A DNA stretch of 26,325 nucleotides from a virus (IMGVR_UViG_2648501669_000017); one strand, 5' to 3'; numbered from the stretch's first letter, positions 1-9,299 are shown. Translations and numbers: made by a program. The notes: generated from the sequence alone by a model not told the origin.

Positions 1-335
<335 letters not shown>

Positions 336-469
336 TAAGGGGTGCTTCTTTTCTGGACAGAACTTCATGTAACCCCTTGATTTATTTGGTGGGCTGGCAG
401 TGACTGAATTGGTGCTGTAATTGGTTGAAATATTTCATCTAATGTCTGGTTCAACTTTCCTTAGCTGCC

Positions 470-803
470 TGAAAGTTTTTTGATCTTACCCAGCAATAAC
501 AGCGTTACGGTGCACCACGCCTGACTGAAGAACTGCGTGCTCAGGGTTACCACTTCAACGTAAAACCGTGGCAGGAGGTCCGGACTGAAAAAACTGGTCA
601 GGACATCATCGGCAGGGAACGCACTGCTAGTCTGTAAACTGAACCGACTGGGGCGCAGTATGTGGCATCTTGTCGTGCTGTTGGAGGAGCTGTGCGAACG
701 TGGTATTAACTTTCGTGCTCTGGCCCAATCTATATTTGCCCAACAATGGGGGGACGAATGCTGTAAAAGTAAAACAATCTGCGATCTCAAAGTTATTGTG
801 TGA
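470..803 (+). pseudogene. Pin/Hin-family serine DNA invertase remnant (pinH-like), frameshifted and truncated
   Basis: Frame reading 564-803 gives ...[38 protein letters not shown]..., matching the conserved VWKLDRLGRS...L..ERGI.F.SL core of Pin/Hin invertases; no intact N-terminus or start codon; C-terminus diverged. Confidence 0.5.
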
Positions 804-1141
804 TTTTTATGTGAGCAGAAGATATTCATCAGAAACGATTATGTAAATCATTTTATTTTGCCAACGGCCTCATTGTCGAAAGAAAAGAATACGCCCGTAT
901 TTCCTGAATGGATTGACTTTTTTATCCAACCACACTTCAGCGCACTGCGTTTAAAAAATGCCTCATTCTTATGCGGAATATCATCATTTCATCATGATGT
1001 CTTTGATGAGCGGTGAACACAATACACTTGCGCTGTCTCTTCAGGATGAATCCCCTGGTCTGGTGCCTGTGGGCTGATGTTGCAGCAAAGCTAAGGTCGC
1101 TTAAACGCTACTCAGTATTCACTTTTCAGAGGATGAAATTT

Positions 1142-4100
1142 ATGAACAGGACCAGTCCCTATTATTGTCGCCGCTCAGTACTTTCCTTATTGATATCTGC
1201 CTTGATATATGCCCCGCCCGGGATGGCTGCCTTCACTACTAATGTTATTGGTGTGGTAAACGATGAGACTGTAGATGGCAACCAAAAAGTGGATGAACGA
1301 GGTACAACAAATAACACTCATATTATCAACCATGGCCAGCAGAATGTTCATGGCGGGGTATCTAATGGAAGTCTTATTGAATCTGGTGGATATCAAGATA
1401 TAGGAAGTCATAACAATTTTGTGGGGCAGGCTAATAATACAACCATTAACGGTGGCAGACAGTCAATTCATGACGGGGGTATTTCCACAGGTACGACAAT
1501 CGAGAGTGGCAATCAGGACGTTTATAAAGGGGGTATCAGCAATGGAACGACAATTAAGGGCGGTGCTTCACGCGTAGAGGGAGGGAGTGCGAATGGAATA
1601 CTCATTGATGGTGGTAGCCAGATAGTAAAAGTTCAAGGGCATGCTGATGGTACAACGATAAATAAGTCTGGCTCTCAGGACGTAGTACAAGGAAGTCTGG
1701 CAACGAACACAACCATAAATGGTGGTCGACAGTATGTTGAACAGAGCACAGTAGAAACAACAACCATTAAAAATGGCGGTGAGCAAAGAGTATATGAGAG
1801 CCGTGCGCTGGACACGACGATTGAAGGCGGAACTCAGTCTCTGAATAGTAAGTCAACGGCAAAAAATACGCATATCTATTCTGGTGGCACGCAAATTGTT
1901 GATAACACCAGCACCTCGGATGTTATTGAAGTTTATTCTGGTGGCGTGCTTGATGTTAGTGGTGGTACGGCAACAAATGTTACCCAGCACGATGGTGCAA
2001 TTTTAAAAACTAACACTAACGGTACGACGGTGAGCGGTACGAATAGTGAAGGTGCATTCTCCATCCACAATCACGTGGCAGACAATGTGTTGCTGGAAAA
2101 CGGTGGTCATTTAGACATAAACGCATATGGTTCGGCAAACAAGACGATTATTAAAGATAAAGGAACAATGTCAGTTTTAACCAATGCTAAAGCTGATGCG
2201 ACCCGAATAGATAATGGCGGGGTTATGGATGTTGCAGGAAACGCGACAAATACCATAATTAATGGTGGCACACAGAATATTAATAATTATGGCATAGCCA
2301 CAGGCACCAATATCAACAGCGGAACGCAAAATATCAAAAGCGGCGGGAAAGCTGACACAACAATTATATCCTCCGGGAGCCGGCAGGTTGTTGAGAAAGA
2401 TGGTACGGCAATTGGCAGCAATATTAGCGCCGGAGGCTCGCTGATTGTCTATACCGGCGGTATTGCACATGGGGTTAACCAGGAGACGGGCAGTGCTTTA
2501 GTTGCCAACACGGGTGCAGGGACTGATATCGAAGGATACAACAAGCTCTCTCACTTCACTATTACCGGAGGGGAGGCTAATTATGTTGTGCTGGAAAATA
2601 CCGGCGAACTGACGGTAGTGGCTAAAACCTCGGCGAAAAATACTACCATTGATACTGGCGGTAAGCTGATTGTCCAGAAGGAGGCTAAAACAGATAGCAC
2701 CAGACTTAATAATGGCGGCGTTCTGGAGGTTCAGGACGGTGGTGAGGCTAAGCATGTTGAGCAACAATCCGGCGGCGCATTAATTGCTTCCACGACCTCC
2801 GGAACACTTATCGAAGGAACCAACAGTTATGGTGATGCTTTCTACATCAGGAATTCAGAAGCTAAAAATGTAGTGCTGGAAAACGCTGGCTCATTAACAG
2901 TCGTCACTGGTTCCCGCGCAGTTGACACGATTATTAATGCCAACGGCAAAATGGATGTTTATGGAAAAGATGTTGGCACTGTACTCAATAGTGCTGGCAC
3001 CCAAACAATATATGCCAGTGCCACTTCTGATAAAGCAAATATCAAAGGTGGCAAGCAAACGGTATATGGTTTAGCCACTGAAGCAAATATCGAAAGTGGT
3101 GAACAAATTGTTGATGGTGGGTCAACAGAGAAAACACACATCAATGGTGGCACGCAAACCGTTCAGAATTATGGTAAGGCAATCAATACCGATATCGTCT
3201 CTGGCCTACAACAAATTATGGCAAACGGGACAGCGGAAGGTTCCATTATTAATGGGGGTTCACAGGTAGTTAATGAGGGCGGTCTGGCTGAAAACTCGGT
3301 GCTTAATGACGGCGGCACACTCGATGTGCGGGAGAAAGGCAGCGCAACGGGGATACAGCAGAGTAGCCAGGGCGCTTTGGTTGCAACCACCAGGGCGACG
3401 CGGGTCACAGGAACACGCGCGGATGGCGTCGCGTTCAGCATCGAGCAGGGTGCGGCGAACAATATCCTGCTGGCAAATGGCGGCGTGTTAACCGTGGAGT
3501 CAGACACCTCTTCTGACAAAACACAGGTCAATATGGGCGGACGGGAGATCGTCAAAACAAAAGCCACTGCGACAGGCACGACGCTCACCGGCGGTGAACA
3601 AATTGTCGAGGGTGTGGCGAATGAGACAACAATTAACGACGGCGGAATACAAACAGTTTCAGCTAACGGAGAGGCAATAAAAACAAAGATCAATGAAGGC
3701 GGTACGCTGACAGTCAACGATAATGGCAAAGCGACAGATATCGTCCAGAACAGCGGTGCCGCTCTCCAGACGAGCACGGCTAACGGTATTGAAATCAGCG
3801 GTACTCACCAGTACGGTACTTTTTCCATTTCCGGCAATTTAGCGACCAATATGTTGCTGGAAAATGGCGGTAATTTATTGGTATTAGCAGGTACCGAAGC
3901 TCGCGACTCCACGGTTGGCAAGGGTGGGGCAATGCAAAACCTGGGTCAGGACTCCGCCACAAAGGTTAACTCTGGCGGGCAATATACCCTTGGGCGGTCA
4001 AAAGATGAGTTTCAGGCTCTGGCCCGGGCAGAAGATCTCCAGGTCGCTGGCGGTACGGCAATCGTCTACGCAGGTACGCTGGCGGATGCATCGGTCAGTG

Positions 4101-5722
4101 GCGCGACAGGAAGCCTGTCGTTAATGACGCCACGGGATAATGTTACGCCAGTTAAACTCGAAGGGGCGGTCCGGATTACCGATAGCGCGACATTGACTCT
4201 GGGAAATGGCGTCGATACCACGCTTGCCGACCTGACGGCTGCCAGCCGGGGCAGTGTCTGGCTTAACAGCAATAATTCCTGTGCAGGTACCAGCAACTGC
4301 GAATATAGAGTAAACAGTTTGCTACTCAACGACGGTGATGTTTATTTGTCAGCACAAACAGCAGCGCCTGCCACAACTAACGGTATCTACAATACGCTGA
4401 CAACCAATGAACTTTCCGGTAGCGGTAATTTCTACCTGCATACCAACGTTGCAGGCTCCCGGGGCGATCAACTGGTCGTCAACAACAACGCCACTGGTAA
4501 TTTTAAAATCTTTGTTCAGGATACCGGCGTCAGCCCACAGTCTGACGACGCGATGACGCTGGTGAAAACAGGGGGAGGGGATGCTTCGTTTACGCTGGGC
4601 AATACCGGCGGTTTCGTTGATCTTGGGACCTATGAGTATGTCCTGAAAAGTGACGGCAACAGCAACTGGAACCTGACCAATGATGTCAAACCCAACCCGG
4701 ACCCCATCCCAAATCCAAAGCCAGACCCAAAACCCGATCCAAAGCCAGACCCAAATCCAAAACCAGACCCTACTCCCGATCCAACGCCGACACCCGTTCC
4801 GGAGAAACGCATTACGCCTTCTACGGCAGCCGTACTCAATATGGCAGCAACATTACCGTTGGTATTTGATGCTGAGCTAAACAGTATTCGCGAGCGGTTG
4901 AACATAATGAAAGCGAGTCCACACAACAATAATGTCTGGGGGGCGACGTATAACACCCGTAATAATGTCACCACCGATGCGGGTGCCGGGTTTGAGCAGA
5001 CGCTGACCGGAATGACAGTGGGGATCGACAGCCGTAATGATATTCCTGAAGGAATTACCACGCTAGGCGCTTTTATGGGCTATTCCCATTCACATATCGG
5101 TTTTGATCGCGGAGGACATGGCAGTGTGGGCAGTTATTCTCTGGGCGGCTATGCCAGTTGGGAACATGAAAGTGGTTTCTATCTGGACGGTGTCGTGAAG
5201 CTGAACCGTTTTAAAAGTAACGTAGCAGGTAAAATGAGCAGCGGTGGAGCCGCCAATGGCAGTTACCACAGCAACGGGCTGGGCGGTCACATTGAAACCG
5301 GGATGCGATTTACCGATGGTAACTGGAACCTGACGCCGTATGCATCGTTAACGGGGTTCACCGCTGATAACCCCGAATATCATTTATCCAATGGCATGAA
5401 ATCGAAATCAGTCGATACCCGCAGTATATATCGTGAACTGGGCGCAACGCTGAGTTACAACATGCGTCTGGGGAACGGTATGGAAGTTGAGCCGTGGCTG
5501 AAGGCGGCTGTGCGCAAAGAATTTGTCGATGATAACCGGGTGAAAGTGAATAGTGACGGTAATTTCGTCAATTATTTGTCGGGCAGACGTGGAATATACC
5601 AGGCAGGTATTAAAGCCTCATTCAGCAGTACGTTAAGCGGGCATCTTGGGGTGGGGTATAGCCATAGTGCCGGTGTGGAATCCCCGTGGAACGCGGTAGC
5701 TGGTGTGAACTGGTCGTTCTGA
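1142..5722 (+). CDS. ypjA: Adhesin-like autotransporter (type Va): signal peptide, long repetitive beta-helical passenger domain, Pro-rich linker, C-terminal beta-barrel translocator
   Basis: ORF 1013-5722; ATG at 1142 sits 9 nt after AGAGGA and gives MNRTSPYYCRRSVLSLLISALIYAPPGMAAF (signal-peptide-like), total 1526 aa; iterative ~19-aa GG-x-Q/T-rich passenger repeats; PNPKPDPKPDP linker; C-terminal aromatic-rich barrel ending ...NWSF. Symbol assigned from length plus the adjacent invertase remnant and ssrA-att context, as recalled for E. coli K-12 ypjA. Confidence 0.8.
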   Translation: MNRTSPYYCRRSVLSLLISALIYAPPGMAAFTTNVIGVVNDETVDGNQKVDERGTTNNTHIINHGQQNVHGGVSNGSLIESGGYQDIGSHNNFVGQANNTTINGGRQSIHDGGISTGTTIESGNQDVYKGGISNGTTIKGGASRVEGGSANGILIDGGSQIVKVQGHADGTTINKSGSQDVVQGSLATNTTINGGRQYVEQSTVETTTIKNGGEQRVYESRALDTTIEGGTQSLNSKSTAKNTHIYSGGTQIVDNTSTSDVIEVYSGGVLDVSGGTATNVTQHDGAILKTNTNGTTVSGTNSEGAFSIHNHVADNVLLENGGHLDINAYGSANKTIIKDKGTMSVLTNAKADATRIDNGGVMDVAGNATNTIINGGTQNINNYGIATGTNINSGTQNIKSGGKADTTIISSGSRQVVEKDGTAIGSNISAGGSLIVYTGGIAHGVNQETGSALVANTGAGTDIEGYNKLSHFTITGGEANYVVLENTGELTVVAKTSAKNTTIDTGGKLIVQKEAKTDSTRLNNGGVLEVQDGGEAKHVEQQSGGALIASTTSGTLIEGTNSYGDAFYIRNSEAKNVVLENAGSLTVVTGSRAVDTIINANGKMDVYGKDVGTVLNSAGTQTIYASATSDKANIKGGKQTVYGLATEANIESGEQIVDGGSTEKTHINGGTQTVQNYGKAINTDIVSGLQQIMANGTAEGSIINGGSQVVNEGGLAENSVLNDGGTLDVREKGSATGIQQSSQGALVATTRATRVTGTRADGVAFSIEQGAANNILLANGGVLTVESDTSSDKTQVNMGGREIVKTKATATGTTLTGGEQIVEGVANETTINDGGIQTVSANGEAIKTKINEGGTLTVNDNGKATDIVQNSGAALQTSTANGIEISGTHQYGTFSISGNLATNMLLENGGNLLVLAGTEARDSTVGKGGAMQNLGQDSATKVNSGGQYTLGRSKDEFQALARAEDLQVAGGTAIVYAGTLADASVSGATGSLSLMTPRDNVTPVKLEGAVRITDSATLTLGNGVDTTLADLTAASRGSVWLNSNNSCAGTSNCEYRVNSLLLNDGDVYLSAQTAAPATTNGIYNTLTTNELSGSGNFYLHTNVAGSRGDQLVVNNNATGNFKIFVQDTGVSPQSDDAMTLVKTGGGDASFTLGNTGGFVDLGTYEYVLKSDGNSNWNLTNDVKPNPDPIPNPKPDPKPDPKPDPNPKPDPTPDPTPTPVPEKRITPSTAAVLNMAATLPLVFDAELNSIRERLNIMKASPHNNNVWGATYNTRNNVTTDAGAGFEQTLTGMTVGIDSRNDIPEGITTLGAFMGYSHSHIGFDRGGHGSVGSYSLGGYASWEHESGFYLDGVVKLNRFKSNVAGKMSSGGAANGSYHSNGLGGHIETGMRFTDGNWNLTPYASLTGFTADNPEYHLSNGMKSKSVDTRSIYRELGATLSYNMRLGNGMEVEPWLKAAVRKEFVDDNRVKVNSDGNFVNYLSGRRGIYQAGIKASFSSTLSGHLGVGYSHSAGVESPWNAVAGVNWSF
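4687..4800 (+). repeat. Proline-rich linker encoded by an imperfect tandem DNA repeat (CCAAAGCCAGACCCAAA-type units) inside the autotransporter gene
   Basis: Direct reading: ...cccaacccggaccccatcccaaatccaaagccagacccaaaacccgatccaaagccagacccaaatccaaaaccagaccc...; protein PNPDPIPNPKPDPKPDPKPDPNPKPDPTPDPTPTPVP. Confidence 0.8.
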
Positions 5723-5733
5723 CCATCAACGAA

Positions 5734-5755
5734 AAAGCCCACATCTGTGGGCTTT
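5734..5755 (+). terminator. Hairpin immediately after the autotransporter stop codon (putative terminator, weak U-tract)
   Basis: AAAGCCCAC-atct-GTGGGCTTT perfect 9-bp stem with 4-nt loop, 12 nt downstream of the TGA at 5720-5722. Confidence 0.5.
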
Positions 5756-5883
5756 CATGTTACCAGGAGCCGCGGCTCCTTTGCGTATCCTTTTATGTCT
5801 CCTCACCGTCTGGTCGGTGTTTTGCTGAGACTTCTAACTTCCTGTTTTTGTTGGTGTTGTCCTTACACCGTCCAATCATGATT

Positions 5884-5910
5884 GGTGGGCTGGCGGGAGT
5901 TGAACCCGCG
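5884..5910 (-). other. ssrA (tmRNA) 3'-end fragment, i.e. an att-core-like copy; not a complete RNA gene
   Basis: Minus strand reads CGCGGGTTCAACTCCCGCCAGCCCACCA, matching the T-arm/acceptor 3' end of E. coli tmRNA as I recall it (GCGGGTTCAACTCCCGCCAGCTCCACCA) apart from one missing T; sequence 5' of it on the minus strand has no tmRNA/tRNA character. A perfect 14-bp palindrome CCAATCATGATTGG (5872-5885) abuts it. Confidence 0.6.
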
Positions 5911-6052
5911 TATGATTGAATTTATGTGTATGAAAAATAAAGTTTAATTTCTTCCTGCAATCTTTGCGTATCAAAAACGTGCACTTCGTCATTATTTTAT
6001 AGTAATTTATTTTGCTCATTTTTGACTAGACAGATTTGGCTGAGGTGTCGCC

Positions 6053-6976
6053 ATGGAACTGTTGATTTCCCCAAAAAGATTGTGCCTTTATAATGATTCT
6101 GATCGCCGTGTTACAGCTAAGTTTTTGAACTCAGTTGATAACACCCTTGCGAGAGCATCTGGACAAGTGGTTATAGACTTTTCGACAGTAGAATATGCAG
6201 GTGCTGCAGCTAGCGTAAGGTTGTTTGCTATCATCAGTAGGGCTTATTTTATGGCATTCGGCACAAGTAGTCTTCGATTTATTTGGCCGAAAAAAGAAAA
6301 TAATCCGTATGGGCATCGATATATTGTTGGGACGGGGTTATCGATTGCTCTAATGGCAAATACAGTTGATAAATTAGATGTTCTTACTAAGGAACGCAGG
6401 TACTTTCAGTCTGCTGTGGAACCGTATGAACATTGGGCTAAAACGATGGAATTTATTGATTCAAAAGCAATTCTCACATTTGAGCAATATCTTTTGGTCT
6501 CCTCAGCCCTTAGTGAGGCAATGCTGAATGTTTCATATCATGCATATGAACATCCAGACTTTGCTGGTGCTACAGAGCATATGCAAGGGAAACGATGGTG
6601 GCAGAGTTGTTGGTACAACCCTGACACAGACAAGGTTGTCTTTATTATTTATGATCTTGGGCTTGGCATACATAAATCATTTACTTCAGCCTCTCCGTTG
6701 TTTACTGGGTATGACGACGTGACATCTGTGTCAACAGCCCTGACAGGAGGACAGTCCAGATATGTTAACGCTGGACGTGGTAATGGTTCTGAGGATATAA
6801 AGAGACCTATAGGGTCTGGCTGTGCGAATTCAGAATCACTTTTGGTGTTCACAGGGAATGTTAAGTACAGCTATAATTCAAGAAATGAGGTTCCCAAATG
6901 CGAGTGGATACCTGAGTACATGCCGGGAACATTGATTGAATGGTCATTAGTTCCGAGGAGAGGAGAAGATGGTTAA
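6053..6976 (+). CDS. Hypothetical protein with STAS-like N-terminal region and GHKL/HATPase_c-like ATP-binding C-terminal region (anti-sigma-factor-kinase-like)
   Basis: ATG 6053 preceded by TGAGGTG; 307 aa; by-eye motifs EAMLNVSYHA (N-box E-x3-N-x3-HA, aa 155-164), DLGLG (G1, aa 201-205), GRGNGS (G2, aa 241-246), GSG (aa 254-256); N-terminal QVVIDFSTVEYAGAAASVRLF resembles STAS/anti-sigma-antagonist folds. Confidence 0.6.
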   Translation: MELLISPKRLCLYNDSDRRVTAKFLNSVDNTLARASGQVVIDFSTVEYAGAAASVRLFAIISRAYFMAFGTSSLRFIWPKKENNPYGHRYIVGTGLSIALMANTVDKLDVLTKERRYFQSAVEPYEHWAKTMEFIDSKAILTFEQYLLVSSALSEAMLNVSYHAYEHPDFAGATEHMQGKRWWQSCWYNPDTDKVVFIIYDLGLGIHKSFTSASPLFTGYDDVTSVSTALTGGQSRYVNAGRGNGSEDIKRPIGSGCANSESLLVFTGNVKYSYNSRNEVPKCEWIPEYMPGTLIEWSLVPRRGEDG

Positions 6977-7310
6977 CATCGTCATAGCAAGGGATTTCTC
7001 AAAGATGCCATTTGGAAGGTTCAAGTCTGACAGCCCGAACAGTGCTGAGCGTTTTCGTAAGGACTTTCTGGTTCCTGCATTAAAATCTGGTGAGCGTGAG
7101 GTTGTCGTAGATTTTACGGGTATAAATCATGGGATTGGTTCTTCGTTTCTAGAGGAGGCCTTTGGAGGGCTTGTTAGGAAGGAAGGTGTACCTAAGGCTG
7201 ACATTAAGGCAAAACTAATTATAAAAAGTGATTTGCCGTTCTATAAAGATCAAATTTTTAGATATATTGAAATGGCTAATCCAGAAAGGAAGCCTTTCCA
7301 AAGGAGTTGA
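6969..7310 (+). CDS. Small STAS-like protein (DUF4325-like), candidate partner of the upstream ATPase
   Basis: ATG 6969 overlaps the upstream stop (6974-6976) and follows AGGAGAGGAGAAG; 113 aa; EVVVDFTGINHGIGSSFLEEAF is paralogous in pattern to the N-terminal segment of ORF 6053-6976. Confidence 0.55.
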   Translation: MVNIVIARDFSKMPFGRFKSDSPNSAERFRKDFLVPALKSGEREVVVDFTGINHGIGSSFLEEAFGGLVRKEGVPKADIKAKLIIKSDLPFYKDQIFRYIEMANPERKPFQRS

Positions 7311-7311
7311 T

Positions 7312-7941
7312 TTGAACACCGTTGATATTAAGGACACCCTTGCAGGGGTGTCCACTTACGCATGGATGTTTAGTGTTGTGAGTATTATCTTAGTGTTTAT
7401 TGGATGGTTTGTTACTTACAATAATTCACTGAAGATTGCTACTCGCTCTGAATCTAAATCGATTATAGATGCGATTGCTAAAATTTTAAACGAAATATCG
7501 GATTTGTCTCTGGATTACTGGGTTAATAAGTCAACACCACCAGATTCTAATCCATTTAAGAAAAAAAGTTTTAAGAACTCTAATGGATTGCATACTCAGT
7601 CGGCGAAAATATATTTAACGGCAATTCATGGAAAAGCCATACAAATAAATAAATACATTAATCTTCTCGATGAGAGGGGGATAAAAATAACAATTTCGTA
7701 TTTTTCTAATATTATAGATGAAGCTACTATGGAATGTGAGAAATCATATTGTTTTAATAAGTCATATAGGGTTTTTCGCGCTCAGAATGTATCTAGTGCT
7801 TGTATCGATTTCATAATGCATTTATATGATTCTTTTCAAAAAAATCATCCTCCACGTAAGCCTGTATATGTATTGAAAACATTAAAACAATTGGATTGTT
7901 ACTTGGATAAATGGCATAATGAATTATGTGGGCGGCAATAA
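7312..7941 (+). CDS. Hypothetical membrane-anchored protein, AT-rich; start uncertain (TTG 7312 after AAGGAG, or ATG 7366)
   Basis: ORF 7228-7941; the GTG at 7228 would overlap the upstream gene by 83 nt; AAGGAG (7301-7306) + 5 nt + TTG 7312 sits directly after the upstream stop; single N-terminal hydrophobic helix MFSVVSIILVFIGWFVTY; Lys/Asn-rich, visibly low GC. Confidence 0.5.
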   Translation: MNTVDIKDTLAGVSTYAWMFSVVSIILVFIGWFVTYNNSLKIATRSESKSIIDAIAKILNEISDLSLDYWVNKSTPPDSNPFKKKSFKNSNGLHTQSAKIYLTAIHGKAIQINKYINLLDERGIKITISYFSNIIDEATMECEKSYCFNKSYRVFRAQNVSSACIDFIMHLYDSFQKNHPPRKPVYVLKTLKQLDCYLDKWHNELCGRQ

Positions 7942-7949
7942 ATGCCGCC
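7931..7949. terminator. Hairpin between the convergent 3' ends of ORF 7312-7941 and int (putative bidirectional terminator)
   Basis: GGCGGCA-ataaa-TGCCGCC; stop codons of both flanking genes lie within or beside it. Confidence 0.45.
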
Positions 7950-7953
7950 ATAA

Positions 7954-9120
7954 TCATTGTATAATGTATTTGATGGAGCTTTTTCCGTCGTATTCTTTGA
8001 GATATCGACCATAGTGCCTGAAAAGCATCTCCGGCCCTTTATGCCCCATTTGAGCTGCAAGCCAAAACAGGTTTGCTCCTCGGCTGATATGGCTGGTGGC
8101 GAATGTATGCCTGGTTTGATATGGGTTTCTGTAACGAATACCTGCTTTTCGCAATGTTGGCACCCATGCTTTTTTCCTAATTGCATCAGCACTTGCCCAA
8201 GGCTTATTGGTCTTTGGATCTTCAAAGACAGTAGTATCCTTCATGAATGTAAATGGCTTCTGATTTATCAGCGCCAACATTGCCTCTTCTGTCAGTTCAA
8301 CTTTCCGAGTACCTGCTTTTGTCTTTGTCCCTTTGATAACACCGACAACACTTGCGCTCTGGACATAGGCAGTTTTTCCAACAAAGTCGATATCACGCCA
8401 TCGAAGGGCACATAATTCAGAACTACGCAGGCCTGTATGTATAGCGAACCGGAACAGATTTTCCCATTGTTTGTTTCCGGCTGCTGCTAGTAATGCATCA
8501 ACTTCTGCTGGTGATAGCGGATCAACTACGTAGCTGCTTTCTGCTTCTGACTTATCACTTTGGTAGCGCGAAGCTGTTACTAACGATACGGGGTTAATTT
8601 GAAGTACCCCATCGGTCACGGCTTCATCAAGTGCTGACCGCAGGAAAGATAACTGGTTGCGAATTGTTTTTAAGGTCGTTTTCTGATTTTGAATCCACGC
8701 TTTCAGGGTTGCTGGTGTTAATTCACTTGCAGGGCAAATGTGAAGTGAGGCTAACGCACTACGGCATTTTTTATAGCCACCAATCGTAGAGGGTGAAAGT
8801 TTTCTTGTTTCGCAGATTTCAAGATATTCGTCCAGGTACATCTTTACCGTTTTGCCTGCAGCAGCATTACCAAAAATTTTCAAACGAGCAGAACGGGGAA
8901 AATATTCTGCATAAATGAATGTTCCCCTTTCGATCTTATTATGGATTTCGCCGAGTGTACGCTCGGCGTATTTAATGTTCTTTGGTGTTACTTCCAGATT
9001 GGAAAGCGGCTCACGACATCTAACTCCTTTGTAGGTGAAAGTTATATTGATCGTTTCTCCCTGGCGGTGTTTCCTGATTGTTACGCCGCGCGGTAGTTTG
9101 AGCAGTTTTGTCTGGCCCAT
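7954..9120 (-). CDS. int: Phage integrase, tyrosine recombinase family with N-terminal arm-binding domain
   Basis: 388 aa; ATG at 9120 after GTGAGGT; C-terminal catalytic signature ...TRHTFATSHISRGANLFWLAAQMGHKGPEMLFRHYGRY (R...H-x-x-R...Y); N-terminal LPRGVTIRKHRQGETINITFTYKGVRCRE arm-type domain. Confidence 0.9.
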   Translation of the reverse strand: MGQTKLLKLPRGVTIRKHRQGETINITFTYKGVRCREPLSNLEVTPKNIKYAERTLGEIHNKIERGTFIYAEYFPRSARLKIFGNAAAGKTVKMYLDEYLEICETRKLSPSTIGGYKKCRSALASLHICPASELTPATLKAWIQNQKTTLKTIRNQLSFLRSALDEAVTDGVLQINPVSLVTASRYQSDKSEAESSYVVDPLSPAEVDALLAAAGNKQWENLFRFAIHTGLRSSELCALRWRDIDFVGKTAYVQSASVVGVIKGTKTKAGTRKVELTEEAMLALINQKPFTFMKDTTVFEDPKTNKPWASADAIRKKAWVPTLRKAGIRYRNPYQTRHTFATSHISRGANLFWLAAQMGHKGPEMLFRHYGRYLKEYDGKSSIKYIIQ

Positions 9121-9299
9121 TTTGCAACCTCACTAAGATCAATCCACCTCTCCTTAACGCCTTCAACCTTTAAAACCTGAACACCTTCACGCCAAACACC
9201 GCGCTGTACACGTTTGTTTATTGCTTCAGGAGTTTCGCCAGTTTCTTTGCAATAAGTTGAGATAGGAACACAATCGAGGTTCAGCATACGTTTCTCCAT
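9084..9299 (-). CDS. xis: Excisionase-like protein (Xis), overlapping the int start
   Basis: MEKRMLNLDCVPISTYCKETGETPEAINKRVQRGVWREGVQVLKVEGVKERWIDLSEVAKW; small winged-helix excisionase pattern; 3' end overlaps int 5' end by ~37 nt as in lambda. Confidence 0.65.

Noticed and set aside
461-829. 122-aa minus-strand ORF overlapping the invertase remnant
   Set aside because: The plus-strand frame here carries the recognisable invertase motif; the minus-strand translation has no features and is most likely a shadow ORF
4687-4800. Short tandem repeats in the Pro-rich linker considered as a possible CRISPR-like or VNTR array
   Set aside because: The repeats are in-frame coding sequence for a PxPx linker with no spacer structure; not a CRISPR array
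1187-5290. Numerous minus-strand and alternative-frame ORFs inside the autotransporter gene (for example 3169-3777, 4630-5061, 2177-2470)
   Set aside because: All are antisense or out-of-frame to a long, well-supported CDS in repetitive DNA; low-complexity translations with no start context; typical spurious ORFs
5884-5910. Considered calling an intact tRNA or tmRNA gene
   Set aside because: Only the 3'-terminal ~27 nt match tmRNA; no D-arm, anticodon arm or tmRNA body upstream, so it is an att-core fragment and not an RNA gene
5686-5919. 77-aa plus-strand ORF spanning the autotransporter terminator and the ssrA fragment
   Set aside because: It runs through a terminator hairpin and the att-core sequence; no RBS; more likely noncoding intergenic DNA
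7228-7311. Track start GTG 7228 for the membrane protein ORF (83-nt overlap with the upstream gene)
   Set aside because: Long overlap without RBS; the TTG at 7312 (strong RBS) or the ATG at 7366 are more credible starts
7957-8415. 152-aa plus-strand ORF antisense to the integrase gene
   Set aside because: Entirely inside the integrase CDS on the opposite strand; Cys-rich nonsense-like translation
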